In this document: positions 44,222 to 57,927 of the stretch, piece after piece
Numbering within the stretch: the stretch's first letter is position 1
How the letters are laid out: every line of letters begins with the position of its first letter
DNA from: Eledone cirrhosa
Taxonomy: Eukaryota
Length of the DNA stretch: 64,000 nucleotides
Reading direction: 5' to 3'
NCBI GenBank assembly: GCA_964016885.1
Contig: OZ024741.1
Span: forward strand, 326,802,001-326,866,000
The notes under the pieces: generated by a model
Seen by the model: only the letters and a program-made list of their open reading frames with translations
What the model was told of the DNA's origin: nothing
The model's database searches: none
Made by a program: the position numbers and the translations under genes

Positions 44222-47200
44222 TCTTATGTATATATGTGTGTGTATGTATGCATGTACGTATTTATGTATGTATGCATATGTGTGTACACTTATATATATA
44301 TATACATATATACATTATATACATGTGTGTGTCTGTGTGTATATATATATATATATGTGTGTGTTTATTCATGCATATGCATGTGGATGTACGTGCATAT
44401 GTATGTGGTTGTGTGTGAGCATGTAAACGTCTTTTTGTGTGCTTCATCGAGGCAGTAGAAATCTTTCTCAATAATTTTCTTAACACCCACCTTCTACTTT
44501 AGCTCCAGGCAAAACAATAGGAAAATTGCTTTTATTTTCGTATTTACGAGGAATAACTTTATTGCATTCAATGGAACATTAATACATTGTTATACTGGAA
44601 TATAAATGTATAATAGATGTGAAAGAGTTATGACTTGGAGGTCTTCGCAATATCGTAATATGCTTAGAATTGCTAGCTTTTGCCATCACAAATATCTGTC
44701 GGCAATATATATATGATGGCATTTTGAATCAAATTTTAGATCGATTTGGCAATAAGACGAGAGAAGCCTGAAGATGTGGTCAAGATTATAAATGAGGATA
44801 GATGTTTTCTAGAGTTGATCATTATTTACGAATCGTTGACAGCAGGTGGTTGGGAAACGGGTATATCTCTCCGGTGCTATAGCTATATTTGAAGATAAAT
44901 TCTATTTGTAGTTTAGTCACGTAATACTTTATTTTGTTTATAATATTATTTTTTTGTTTTGTGTTACTCGATACACTCATGCATAAATCTATTCCATGTA
45001 TAAAGCCGACAGTGTTTTTTTCTGTGCACATGTTTACGTTGCTGAGGTATTGCTATGTTAGCGGCAAGTTTCAGCTGAATCCCTTTAATTTGTATTCTAT
45101 AAATTTCCAAAGGTTTCTGGTTGTGAATGTACGTTAGATCTAAAACGTTGGGTACAAACACACAAATGTCATGTGTATCAACCGTTTCAAACACATATTT
45201 GTGTATACGAGTAGTGTGACCTCACTGCAAATAATGTTTGTGATAAGTCTGACCACAAACACTTGAGTGTATGCTTTAGTCATTGGCATTAGTCAATTGT
45301 ATGCACGTGACATCCTAGTTCTGTGCTGTTGGCCAGTTTCTCCACTGAGCAATGTTACTTTGCTAGCTGCTGCAAAAGCGTATGTAAGGACGGAAATATC
45401 AGCGTGTAGAGGTAGTGGAAATGAAGGACTTGGAGTAGTGGTTATTACACAACAAATCATGGGTAACGAGTGGAGGTCAGATGAGAGCCACAACTGTTTT
45501 CGAAGAAAAATAATTTCTCGATGAGATACAACTCAGTCGTTTTTATCCATGTAGATTCTTCAGTTTCCCATCTCAGTTAACAAGGAACGGAAACATTGAG
45601 ATAACGAAAACAAAAGGAATGATGTTCAAGAAATATGGGGTGAAAGGTTTGACATGACCATATTGATGATAAGACTAATATACTGCAGGCATCACTGAAA
45701 GAACATATATTATGACTTGGTATCATTCTTTGGCTAGGGGTTTTAATTCTTCATTTAGTTGTGAGCAGATATAAGCAGCATCTGGAATGTCTTTCATGTG
45801 ATTTAATGGAGCCGCCAACGTAATGAGGCAATATACAACTCCTGTACATAAATAGCACTATGTAGTACTTCTTAGTGTAAAGCTGCATTTCTATACAATT
45901 CATAAGTTTGCAGAAAATATAGGAAAGAAGAAAATCCAAAATATTTCTAGTGAAATTAGCAAAATAAAATAAAATTAACGTTATATACGTTTTAGAATAC
46001 AATGCAGCTCCAGCGGGTAGTAATGACGAGAGAATATATAGTCTTGATAAGGGGCAATTACTTTAAAAACAATTGTCAACTATTTTCTCTCTGCAACCGC
46101 TGGAGCAAAAGTATGACGTCAGTCGTCTAGAAAACACACATGGTGTTATGAGGGTGTTTTCTCGCAAAAGAACCGAATTATTATTATTCACTAACGCATA
46201 CATTTATGTATTCACCATGTTAGAGCGAAAACAAATGTTCCCAATTTTTACTGAAATCCGTTACATGCAGTTACAACTGCGTTGTTGCTAGTTTAGAGAT
46301 TTCAAAGATTATTATTTCTCAGCATGAAAAACCATTCAGTGTTCAAGAGTTTATAAAAGAATCATGGATTGAATATGATTCTTTGCATTTTGGTGGTTTT
46401 CTAGAAAATAAAAAAAGAAACATAAATATGAAAGAATTGGCAGTGACAAGAGGGAGGATAAAAGATAGAATATTTAAAATGAAAACAAACATGAGAACAG
46501 CTAGCAAAACAAGTTGGTTAATACAATTTCCTTTCCCATTGTTTGGATGAGAGGAATGCTGTTACATCATCCGTTAGGCTTGTCATTATATTTATTCCGT
46601 GTGATATTGACTATGGCACTTTTAAATATTTCCCAAATTTAAATAAAAAATACATGAAATATCTCGAAATTCACTTTTTCTGTGCATTATTTGTCATAAA
46701 TAAAATATGCAATTGCTAAAGCAATTTGTAAATACTTTACAAATGACTGTTTGTTTAAACAGACATTTTAAAGAATGTTTTCAAGTATTTTGTTCTCTTT
46801 CCCCATCAAATGAATTATAAAATATAAATATTAGAAAAATTACAATTTCCTCCTCAAACATTTCCTCGGACATGTGATTGAATAATTTTAGAAGATCATC
46901 GCCAATCTAAATGTTCCGCAGGCCCTGCGTTACAGGAATGCTTGAGCTGTTAGGAATAACACTAAATCAGTCCTTTTTCATTCATCATATTGTCTTAAAA
47001 ATGAAGGACGCATTCAAAACTACAATCCATTTTAAACTGTATCATGAAAATGAAAAACAACATGAGGTCATTAATTGCATACATTTGATCGTAGTTCAGC
47101 AATGTTGGGATTAAACTCAGGTTTAAACTCAAATCACAAAAATGAGACGAATTCATTTTCAAAATAAAAGCTACCCCTTTACAAAAAAATATTTCAAAAC

Positions 47201-47743
47201 GAACATACAAAACAATGAGGCTTTATATAACTTAGTCGTAGATACCCATACTTTAGATAATCTGAAATGTTAGTTCTCTGGTTGGGAGACTTTCATCATA
47301 GTGATCCTCAAACTGAGCCTCATCATGCCGGACTAAACAAAACCAGCAACGGGAAGAACAACAACATCAATCATAATATATTATCATAAAATGAAATTTA
47401 AAGCTTATACACATTAAGTTGGCTTCGTATAAATTAGACTGTCATAGAGAATTTTTTCTATGGATTCATTGATGGTTGCTCTAGTCTTATCATGAGAAGG
47501 CAAGAACAAATCGAGCATCGTAGTTCCGGAATTGAATCCACGAATATAAATTCGCGAATCAAACACTCCAACGTTTGTCAGGAGACTTCATATAAATGTT
47601 CCGACATGTTAACATATACATGTATGTGTTCTTACTTCCACTGCCGGTTAGCTCTCTTATTTGATATATAGGAAAATACTGAACTATTAAACTGCGACGT
47701 GTCATATTTGACACAGAGAAAATTGACAGATATTACACGAAAT

Positions 47744-47836
47744 AATTGTTTCTACTTTAGGCACAAGGCCAGCAATACCTAGTGCATTACTGCTACTTTA
47801 TTTTATCGATCCCGTAAGGATGAAAGGCAAAGTCAA
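47744..47836 (-). mobile_element. 5'-truncated MetaSINE with 19-bp target-site duplication
   Basis: agatattacacgaaataat at 47728-47746 and 47836-47854. Confidence 0.9.
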
Positions 47837-48060
47837 GATATTACACGAAATAATGTTGCCCTACAGTAAACTGAATTACAAATTACTGTGAAGTATATAT
47901 GTGAAATAAATGTAACCGACGTTACTGTACTATATCGTTTATTGTATATTGTCAGGCTCTCTCGTACATACACACATGATAAAGAAATATAATTTTACTT
48001 AATTAGCTCTAGTAAGGCTACATTTAATTTTATTTCACAGTACACACATGTAATCAGCAA

Positions 48061-48117
<57 letters not shown>

Positions 48118-48331
48118 TTTAGTACAGCATTGACGAAGCCTTAGTATACGGCCAAGCTAGTGTATATACATAATCGATCTATAGCTTTAACACTCGGATG
48201 AGGTAAGACCCCAGAGTAATAAGATTACGTTCAGACAGCTTATATATATATATATATACATACATATATATGTATGTATGTATATATATATATACATAGA
48301 TACAGCATACATACATACATATATATGTATG

Positions 48332-48385
<54 letters not shown>

Positions 48386-48452
48386 ATATAATTGGTGTGG
48401 GGGGTTCTTAAAGCGTGCGTAGAATCAATGGTGTAACGAATACAAATTTATT

Positions 48453-48545
48453 AGACATATTACAATCGTTTCTCTGGCTACGAGCTCGAGGCACGATCGT
48501 TGGGATGATCGAACGAACCTGACTCTAAAATCCTCAAATACGTCT
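48453..48545 (-). ncRNA. GATC-hairpin HHR family, copy B
   Basis: AGACGTAT-TTGAGGA-[about 58 nt]-GAAA-CGATTG-TA^-ATATGTCT. Inverted partial copy at 48570-48622. Confidence 0.55.
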
Positions 48546-48633
48546 CGATCTTTCGAAGCAGAGTATCCAAAAAACGATTGTAATATGTCTACTAAATTTT
48601 AATTCATCACACCATTGATTCTCCGTTTCTTAT

Positions 48634-48671
<38 letters not shown>

Positions 48672-48797
48672 CTAAAATATATTTCATCTGATAACTATGA
48701 AAATATATATATGCTCTGTTTTTTCCATTCTCTCTCTTTTTCTGTGTATATATATATATATATATACATATACTATTATATTATATAATATATATAT

Positions 48798-48978
48798 AAT
48801 TGTTTCTACTTTTGGCACAAGGCCAACAATTACCCAGTGCATTACTGGTACTTTATTTTATCGACCCCGTAAGGATGAAAGGCAAAGTCAACCTCGGCGG
48901 GATTTGAACTCAGACCATAAAGGGCCGTCACTCTTTGCTGCAGAGCATGGCGTCCGACCCTCTACCGATACTGCCAAT
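48798..48978 (-). mobile_element. MetaSINE, near full length
   Basis: As for the other copies. Confidence 0.9.
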
Positions 48979-50005
48979 ATATATAATAATAATATATAAT
49001 GTATAATATATATATATATATATGAATGTATATATGAATGTATGTAGAGTATATTTCATAATATACTGTATGTTTAAAGTAGTGACTGGTCATAGACACA
49101 AACGCACTCACATATATATATATACACATATACACACAGCAACCCCAGCAGCTCTCTCTCTGTCTCTCTCTCTCACTCTCTCTCTGTTTCTCTCTTCTAT
49201 TCTCTTTCTCGTGTCATTCTCTCTCCCTATCTATGTTTCTCTCTCAATCTACTCTCTCACAACCACTACCTCTTTCTCGCTATCCTTCTCTCTCTCTGTT
49301 CATGAAGGTACCCGGAAAAAACCCATATCTCGGGAAACCATTGTCCCATTTCAGGCGCCACCGTCTTTCAAAGCATTTTCCCATTATGCGCCCTTTTGGC
49401 TGTATTACATTACAGACAAGTAAGCAAGCGAGCAATCCGAGACTACTACATCCACTCAAACAGAGAAAATGAAGAGAAACTATAATACAAAGATTTCTTC
49501 AGGTTTCTGAAGGCATCACACTCAATGCCCCCTGAGAACTACGTTAACGGAAAACGTATTTGCGAAATGCTCAACCACATGCACGTTAATTTTACGAGCA
49601 TGCAGTTCCTTGATCCAACAACTCGACGAATTGCGTATGAATCGACACATGTCTAGAAAAATCAGCCGACACCCGTGCACACAAAAATCACACACATATT
49701 AGTCTCTTGAAAAGTTGAAATAGATTTAGCTAGGATTGGAAACTACAAGGTAGATATCCAGATTTATTGCAAATCTAACCCGGACAAATATAATTATACA
49801 TATTACAAACGAGGTCCTGAAGTTGAGAGTTATATTTTCTAATTTCCGTAGGATATCAGAAAGTAGAAGGCCGAGAACAAATTATTAAAATTTTATTGAA
49901 AATAAAAAGCAATGAATAGAATAATTTCGTCTATAAAGATATATCTATACCTATATATATGTGTGTGCGTGTGGGTGCCTGTGCACACAGTGATGTGTAC
50001 AAATA

Positions 50006-50043
<38 letters not shown>

Positions 50044-50135
50044 CATAGATATGAATATATATATATATATATAGTTATATATAAGTGTGTGTATGCCTGT
50101 AATATGAATATATATATGCATATTTATACATATAT

Positions 50136-50196
<61 letters not shown>

Positions 50197-50304
50197 AGAT
50201 AAAGAGAGGGTAGGGGGAGATCATGAGAGAGATAAATATATTGATTTATAGATAAATAGCTACCTAGCTTGCTAGCTAATAGAAAGATAGATGGATAGAT
50301 AGAA

Positions 50305-50368
<64 letters not shown>

Positions 50369-50817
50369 AGATAGATAGATAAATAGATAGATATATAGAT
50401 AGATATACATGAGCAGGTACACATGATATATTGTTAAATTGAGGAATGTAATAAAATTCTTATTTACGAAATATTATAGGAAATTGTGCGCCGCTCGTAT
50501 CTGTGAAATGGAAGATTTAATCAAATTTTAATGTAGGCGCTCGTTTACTTTGTCAGCAAATGATATCAAATTTTTCAGTTACTATATTGAATATGTGTTT
50601 CCTGTTTATCGGACTTTGTGTAATTTTAAAATCGCACATGCGCACGCACTAAGAGTCAGTCGTATTTCATCATTAATACATATATAGATATATGTGTGCC
50701 TAATCTAGTATAAAAAGTATTTTATTTAGAGCATGATTAAATTTTATGAGTTTTTCCAAATATATTATAGAAAACCACGAAACATGTAGCTTCAATGGAT
50801 ATGTTTGTAAAGGATAT

Positions 50818-50893
<76 letters not shown>

Positions 50894-50916
50894 GTATATA
50901 TATTTGTATATATATT

Positions 50917-50948
<32 letters not shown>

Positions 50949-50957
50949 TATACACGC

Positions 50958-51010
<53 letters not shown>

Positions 51011-51087
51011 CATATACATACATATATATATATGTATATATATATATAAATATATATATATACACGCATATATATACATATATATAC

Positions 51088-51177
<90 letters not shown>

Positions 51178-51348
51178 ATATATATATATTTATGTGTGTG
51201 TGTACGCATATTAGCGTCCGAGACATTTCCTACTATATAAAGCGTAAAACTAATAATTTGTTCACTGTTCTAATTCTTCATTGTACTGTGTGGTTTGCTT
51301 TGTTATTTCAGTTTGCCTTTTGCATATATATGTGTGTGTATATATATA

Positions 51349-51383
<35 letters not shown>

Positions 51384-51411
51384 TTTCAGACGTTACATAT
51401 ATATATATATG

Positions 51412-51519
<108 letters not shown>

Positions 51520-51549
51520 CATATATATATATATATGTAACGTCTGAAA

Positions 51550-51689
<140 letters not shown>

Positions 51690-51835
51690 TTTTCCGTAGT
51701 GTTGTAATATGAATATTACACACAGTAGATGGACAGCTCACGTAGAGTTTGCTCGACAGTTCCAGTTGTAGTTTCAAAAGTAATCCGGAGAAAATAGAAG
51801 GATTTAAATGGATACAGTTCAGTTAAAAGGAATTT

Positions 51836-51953
51836 ATTGATACGTGTTTCAATAACAGTTACATAACCTGAAAACAGCTGCTATCTACAAAGTATTAATT
51901 ATGCAGACATTCAATATTTCAATGTTATTATCAACTGTCATTTCATCAGAATA
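51836..51953 (-). ncRNA. HHR-like motif with about 92-nt helix II
   Basis: CTGATGA-AATGACAGTT-[...]-AACTGTTATT-GAAA-CACG-TA. Helix II has a 10-bp closing stem. Helix I is poor because it is truncated by (TA)n. Confidence 0.55.
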
Positions 51954-51994
51954 TATATATATATATAAGTATATATATATGTATGTATGTGTAT

Positions 51995-52710
51995 ATACTT
52001 TCAGACGTTCAACCATCTGGCAAGCAGGTATACGGTGCTGGCGATAGCTAATAAGCTTGAAACTAGTACATCGTTCCTGTGTCAGTGCTGAACAAATGGG
52101 TGACGATGGTTGTCTAAACACTGTACGGCGTAATCTGGGCTGTTTGTTTTTTTACAAACGAACAAACCGAGCATTATAATAAATGTTCGGTAAACCCATA
52201 CGAACATATTATATATGTGCATGTATGTTTATATATATACATACTACTGTACGTCTGTATACATATATGTATGTACGTATACATACATACTTACATTTAA
52301 GTATCAGCCGTACTAAGAGTGAGAAATGAAATTTCGTTTCATTCTTTTCCATTTATCGTTTTCGGTGAGCCCGGCCGACTAAATCACTCGATATGCAAAT
52401 TAGGCTGCTCAGCCGTTAATGTGCATAAGGAAAGCATATACTTTCAGATGTTCAACCATCTGGCAAGAAGGTATACGGTGCTGACGATAACTAATATGCT
52501 TGAAACTAGTACATCATTCCTGTGTCAATGTTGAACAAATGGGCGACGATGGTTGCCTAAACACTGTACGGCGTAATCCGGGCTGTTTGTTTGTTTCCAA
52601 ACGACCAAACCGAGCATTATAATAAATGTTCGGTAAATCCATACGTACATATATATATATTTATGTGTGCATGTATGTATATATATACATACTACTGTAC
52701 GTCTGTATAT
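51995..52710 (+). mobile_element. Retrozyme-like tandem (1.6 x 443-bp monomer) with two HHRs
   Basis: ctttcaga..ttcaaccatctggc occurs at 51998 and 52441. HHRs at 52033-52073 and 52476-52516 are exactly 443 bp apart. Confidence 0.8.
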
Positions 52711-52732
52711 ATACTTATATTTATATATATAT

Positions 52733-52775
<43 letters not shown>

Positions 52776-52920
52776 AAGGTAGAACACTGGAAGGTAATAT
52801 CCGTAGTGGTAGAGCACTCAGTCTATGGGACGAGTTTGGTAGAGGTAGTAACACAACAGTTAGTTCACCATACCGAGAACAATTGTTTCACCTTATACGG
52901 ATCTTCAGCTAGGGCTCCAG

Positions 52921-53430
<510 letters not shown>

Positions 53431-53437
53431 TATATAA

Positions 53438-53516
<79 letters not shown>

Positions 53517-53684
53517 CATGTGTGTGTGTGTGTGCGTATGTGTGTATGTGTGCGCGTGTGTGTTCGCGCGCGCGTGTGTGTATGTATGTACGTATGTAAA
53601 TGGTAAACAGTAATAACAACACAATCGGTACATTATATGGTAGGAATACATTAGGTTAACTCTTGAAATTGGAGGAAGAGGGTC

Positions 53685-53714
53685 ATAACGTTTCGGACGC
53701 TAGTCCTTCATCAG
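53685..53714 (-). ncRNA. Minimal PLE-type HHR core
   Basis: CTGATGA-a-GGAC-tagc-GTCC-GAAACGTTA. Helix I is not evident. Confidence 0.5.
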
Positions 53715-54020
53715 AAGAAAGAATGAGCAATAAAATAGATTGGAAAAAATGTCTTTATATTATAATAACAAGTCTATTCATGTTGACATATCTTGGAAAA
53801 CTGATGATTCTGGCGTTTTGTAAATGATTCATTTTTTCAGAAACATGGATGCTGGAGCGCGTCTACCTGAAGTGGAAAAAAAATTGTTATGTATAAAGAG
53901 CTATACTTGTGCGCGTACGTTTGCATATATGTGTCTCTCCGTGTATGTGTTATTAAACGTCGTTACGAAGCTAAGAAGATATGTGTGTGTATATGTAAGT
54001 AGAAGAGTGTGTGTGCGCTC

Positions 54021-54069
<49 letters not shown>

Positions 54070-54459
54070 AATAATGGAGCTGCGGCGTTGCAAATGGGTT
54101 ACATATGAAAAAGTGAGTTCTTCATCAGTGACCCTGCAACGGTCCTAGGCATTTCATCGCTTTAAGGGCCATATACCTCAGGTTGGTGCGAACAACGGCT
54201 AAAAAAAGTCGTTGGGACACGTAAATAAAGAGAACGTTAGGGTGAACAAACAAAATGGTTTAAGCAACAGAAAGTGGGAAGAAAGAGACAAGTCCCATAT
54301 TTCTATGAATATAAACTCGATAAAATCGTGAACGAGAGGATAAAGACCATCAAACCTGGTTGAAATGTGAGCAAGGAAGGAATTTCGCACAGGTCTAACG
54401 GGGGGAAGAAGAAGGGGTCTGGTTTGCGAATTCGGTAAACATAAGTTCTGTGAAGTCGC

Positions 54460-54533
<74 letters not shown>

Positions 54534-54872
54534 AATTCATACCGGCTTGGCCAAGAGCGCGCGAGAAAAGAAATCGGACAGGTCAAGCGGGAAGAAAGAG
54601 GAGAGGAGGAGAGGTAGTGACAGGGTATGAGTGAGTGAAAGTTGAGGAAGAGGCTAACAGAGAGAGAGACTGCTAGAAAGGGTAAAGATACAAAGAACGA
54701 AACAGACGGGTGGCAGCAGAGGAAAAAATACCATTTTGTTTGTTCACCCTAACGTTCTCTTTCTTTACGTGTCCCAACGACTTTTTTTAGCCGTTGTTCG
54801 CACCAACCTATATGGCCCTTAAAGCGATGAATGCCTAGGACGGTTGGAGGGTCACTGATGAAGGACTCACTT

Positions 54873-54989
<117 letters not shown>

Positions 54990-55005
54990 AATATATATAT
55001 ATATG

Positions 55006-55058
<53 letters not shown>

Positions 55059-55188
55059 TATGGTAGCTAGGATGCGTCCATAGGCGGTATGTGGGTTGAG
55101 CACTCTATGCTCCTACGGATGATGGAATGGAAAACGAAGAATCAGTGATGCATCGGAAATCAGGGAGGATTTGCTCCGAAATCAATAG

Positions 55189-55281
55189 ACGTGACTGAGG
55201 AACCTGCGAATCATGAGTCAGGTTCGATCCACACACAGATCGCACCTCGAGCTGTTCGCCGGGGAAACAACTGTAATACTT
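55189..55281 (+). ncRNA. GATC-hairpin HHR family, copy C
   Basis: CTGAGGA-a-CCTGCGAA..aggtt-CGATC-cacacaca-GATCG-cacct..TTCGC-c-GGG-GAAA-CAACTG-TA. Flanked by 30-bp inverted repeats 55133-55162/55289-55320. Confidence 0.65.
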
Positions 55282-55321
55282 AATAAATTGATTTCCGATG
55301 CATCACTGATCCTTCGTTTTC

Positions 55322-55418
<97 letters not shown>

Positions 55419-55438
55419 ACTCTATCTATCTATCTATC

Positions 55439-55523
<85 letters not shown>

Positions 55524-55759
55524 CTAGCTATCTCTCTCTCTATCTCTATCTCTCTCTCTATATATATATACATATAAATGTCAAATTAAACACTAACAAC
55601 CATCCCCTATAATCAAGTAATCTGAAAGAACAAATTAAATAATCATAACTGACTGATTCATTTTTTTATGCACATGCAAGATTTTCACCTGTATAGAAAC
55701 CATTGTAGTTATTAAAGATGGATTTGATTTAAAAACCTTGGTCCTGTTCGAAATAAATA

Positions 55760-55885
<126 letters not shown>

Positions 55886-56086
55886 TATATAAATGTTGGC
55901 CTTTAATGCTGCAATAATTGCCGCAGATTAATGGCTAAAGGACGAGGAATGTAGACGTGAATGGACCACTAAACATATCAGAAAGTATACATTGCCGATA
56001 ATTTTAAAGCTCACTGCCTGTAAACTACAAAGAATCAGTGATGCATCGGAATTCAGGCAAAAGGGGATTTGCTCCGAAATCAATAG

Positions 56087-56179
56087 ACGTGACTGAGGAA
56101 CCTGCGAATCATAAGTCAAGTTCAATCCACACACAGATCGCACATTGAGCTGTTCGCCGGGGAAACAACTGTAATACGT
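56087..56179 (+). ncRNA. GATC-hairpin HHR family, copy D
   Basis: Direct repeat of copy C, 898 bp downstream. Helix I acgt/acgt. Confidence 0.6.
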
Positions 56180-56544
56180 AATAAATTGAGTTCCGATGGA
56201 GAGATACACAAATCCTGTTTACAGACCAAGCGCCCCTTTCGCATACGAATGGACTAGTTGCATTTCCTTGCCTAAACACAACAGGATGTTCTTTCTCTAA
56301 ATAAGTAATTACAGAGAAATATCAGGATTTAATTCTACCTTCAGATTAATCAATACCACGTTTGTCAACGCGCTATCGTTGCGATAGACATTTTTCAATA
56401 TATTCCACGATATATTCCATCAATCAAAATACTTTATATATATATATATACGAATATCTTTTCGTGGTTTTGTTCATTGCATCACGGTCGACTACCAGAT
56501 CTACCCATTAGTTAAACTACGCAACATAAGTGGCAACCAACAAC

Positions 56545-57235
56545 ACCATAAACAGGAAACATGACATTGGTTGGCAGAATGTGTTCCTGGATTCCCAGAA
56601 CTTTCCAGTCGAGGAAGATCCACATCATTATGCTTCTATTCTCCATTTTTGTCCGACCCCACCTTGAATACTGTTGTCCACCGTGGTCTCCTCACACGAA
56701 ACCAAGTATCATAAAAATTGAAGCTCCTCAAAGGGCAATCACGAAAATGATAGATGGCACGACATGTCTTGACGATTGGGGCCGACTACAAAAGCGCAAA
56801 ATTTATTCTTTGCAACGCCTCCAGGAGCGCTAGCTACATTATCTGCATGGTGTGGAAAATATTACATCAGCATTTCCAAATGAATTTGGCATCACCTTTA
56901 AAGTACAGCCAAGGCTTGGGCCCCGTGCTATCTGCCCACAACAACAAAATCAAACTCGTATTCATAACAACAATACGGCACAATTATTTCACCTCAATTG
57001 GCCCCGCTCTCTTTCATATTAAGACAGAAACAGGTCCCATAAATTTCCATAAGTCTTCGGACAAATTCCTTCAAGAAATCCTGGATAAACCTCCTACACC
57101 CGGATATGTCTCCGCAAACAAGAACTCTCTACTTGAGTGGGCCTTAGCGCCCAAATCCTGATTTGAAGACTATAGTGCTATTAAGTTAGACATGGCCTGG
57201 GCCAATACCAGCCAAAACGTATCAAAGTTATGAAA
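56545..57235 (+). mobile_element. CR1/L2-group LINE 3' fragment
   Basis: FSIFVRPHLEYCCPPWSPH..IIKIEAPQRAITKMI..RLQKRKIYSLQR; C-terminal YFT..GPALF..DKFLQEILDKP. Confidence 0.85.
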
Positions 57236-57241
57236 TTATAT

Positions 57242-57275
<34 letters not shown>

Positions 57276-57307
57276 ATATATATACATATACATATACATA
57301 CATATAC

Positions 57308-57395
<88 letters not shown>

Positions 57396-57927
57396 AGTTA
57401 GAGAAGCAAGACATTGCTTATTGTGATCCAGTTCTTGGTTAAGAAAGCCAGTTTCAAGGATGGTTTCAACGTACGGTTAGGGTAACTTCACAAGTTTGTA
57501 AGAATTCTGTTCAATCTTGGAGTATAAAGTATAAAAGAGAAAACACAGGTAAGTATTAAGAGAAGGATTTTATCCAGGTATTTACGACCGTTTCATTGGT
57601 AAGTGCAACCTTATATTGCTATACTGCAAATAGCAGCCACTCAGAGATAATTGTTGTTGACAGTCTAAATTTTCAAAATAGAGAGTAAGTTACTCTTGCA
57701 ATAATTCTTAATATATAGAGAAAAACATTTATTTGGAATTGTATTTACTAGTATAGAGAGAGAGGAATCAGAAGGTGAGGGGACAAACGGTATAGTATAG
57801 AGAGAGAGGAAAGGGGGAAGAGGTAGGAAGTAGAGTGACAAATTGAGATGGAGGGAGGGGTAGTGGTGGAAGGATTCCCAACAGCAAGAGACACACAGAC
57901 ACAAACAACAATAACAACAACACACAC

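Noticed and set aside
54826-54866. Possible type II (permuted) HHR: GAAA box before CTGATGA with a gacc/ggtc hairpin (also 54115- and 36892-)
   Set aside because: The flanks that should form helix II do not pair, and the copies differ at core positions
57575-57650. HHR-like remnants with branched helix II (also 21345-21405 and 17793-17830)
   Set aside because: Core boxes or cleavage triplet are mutated; not called as ribozymes
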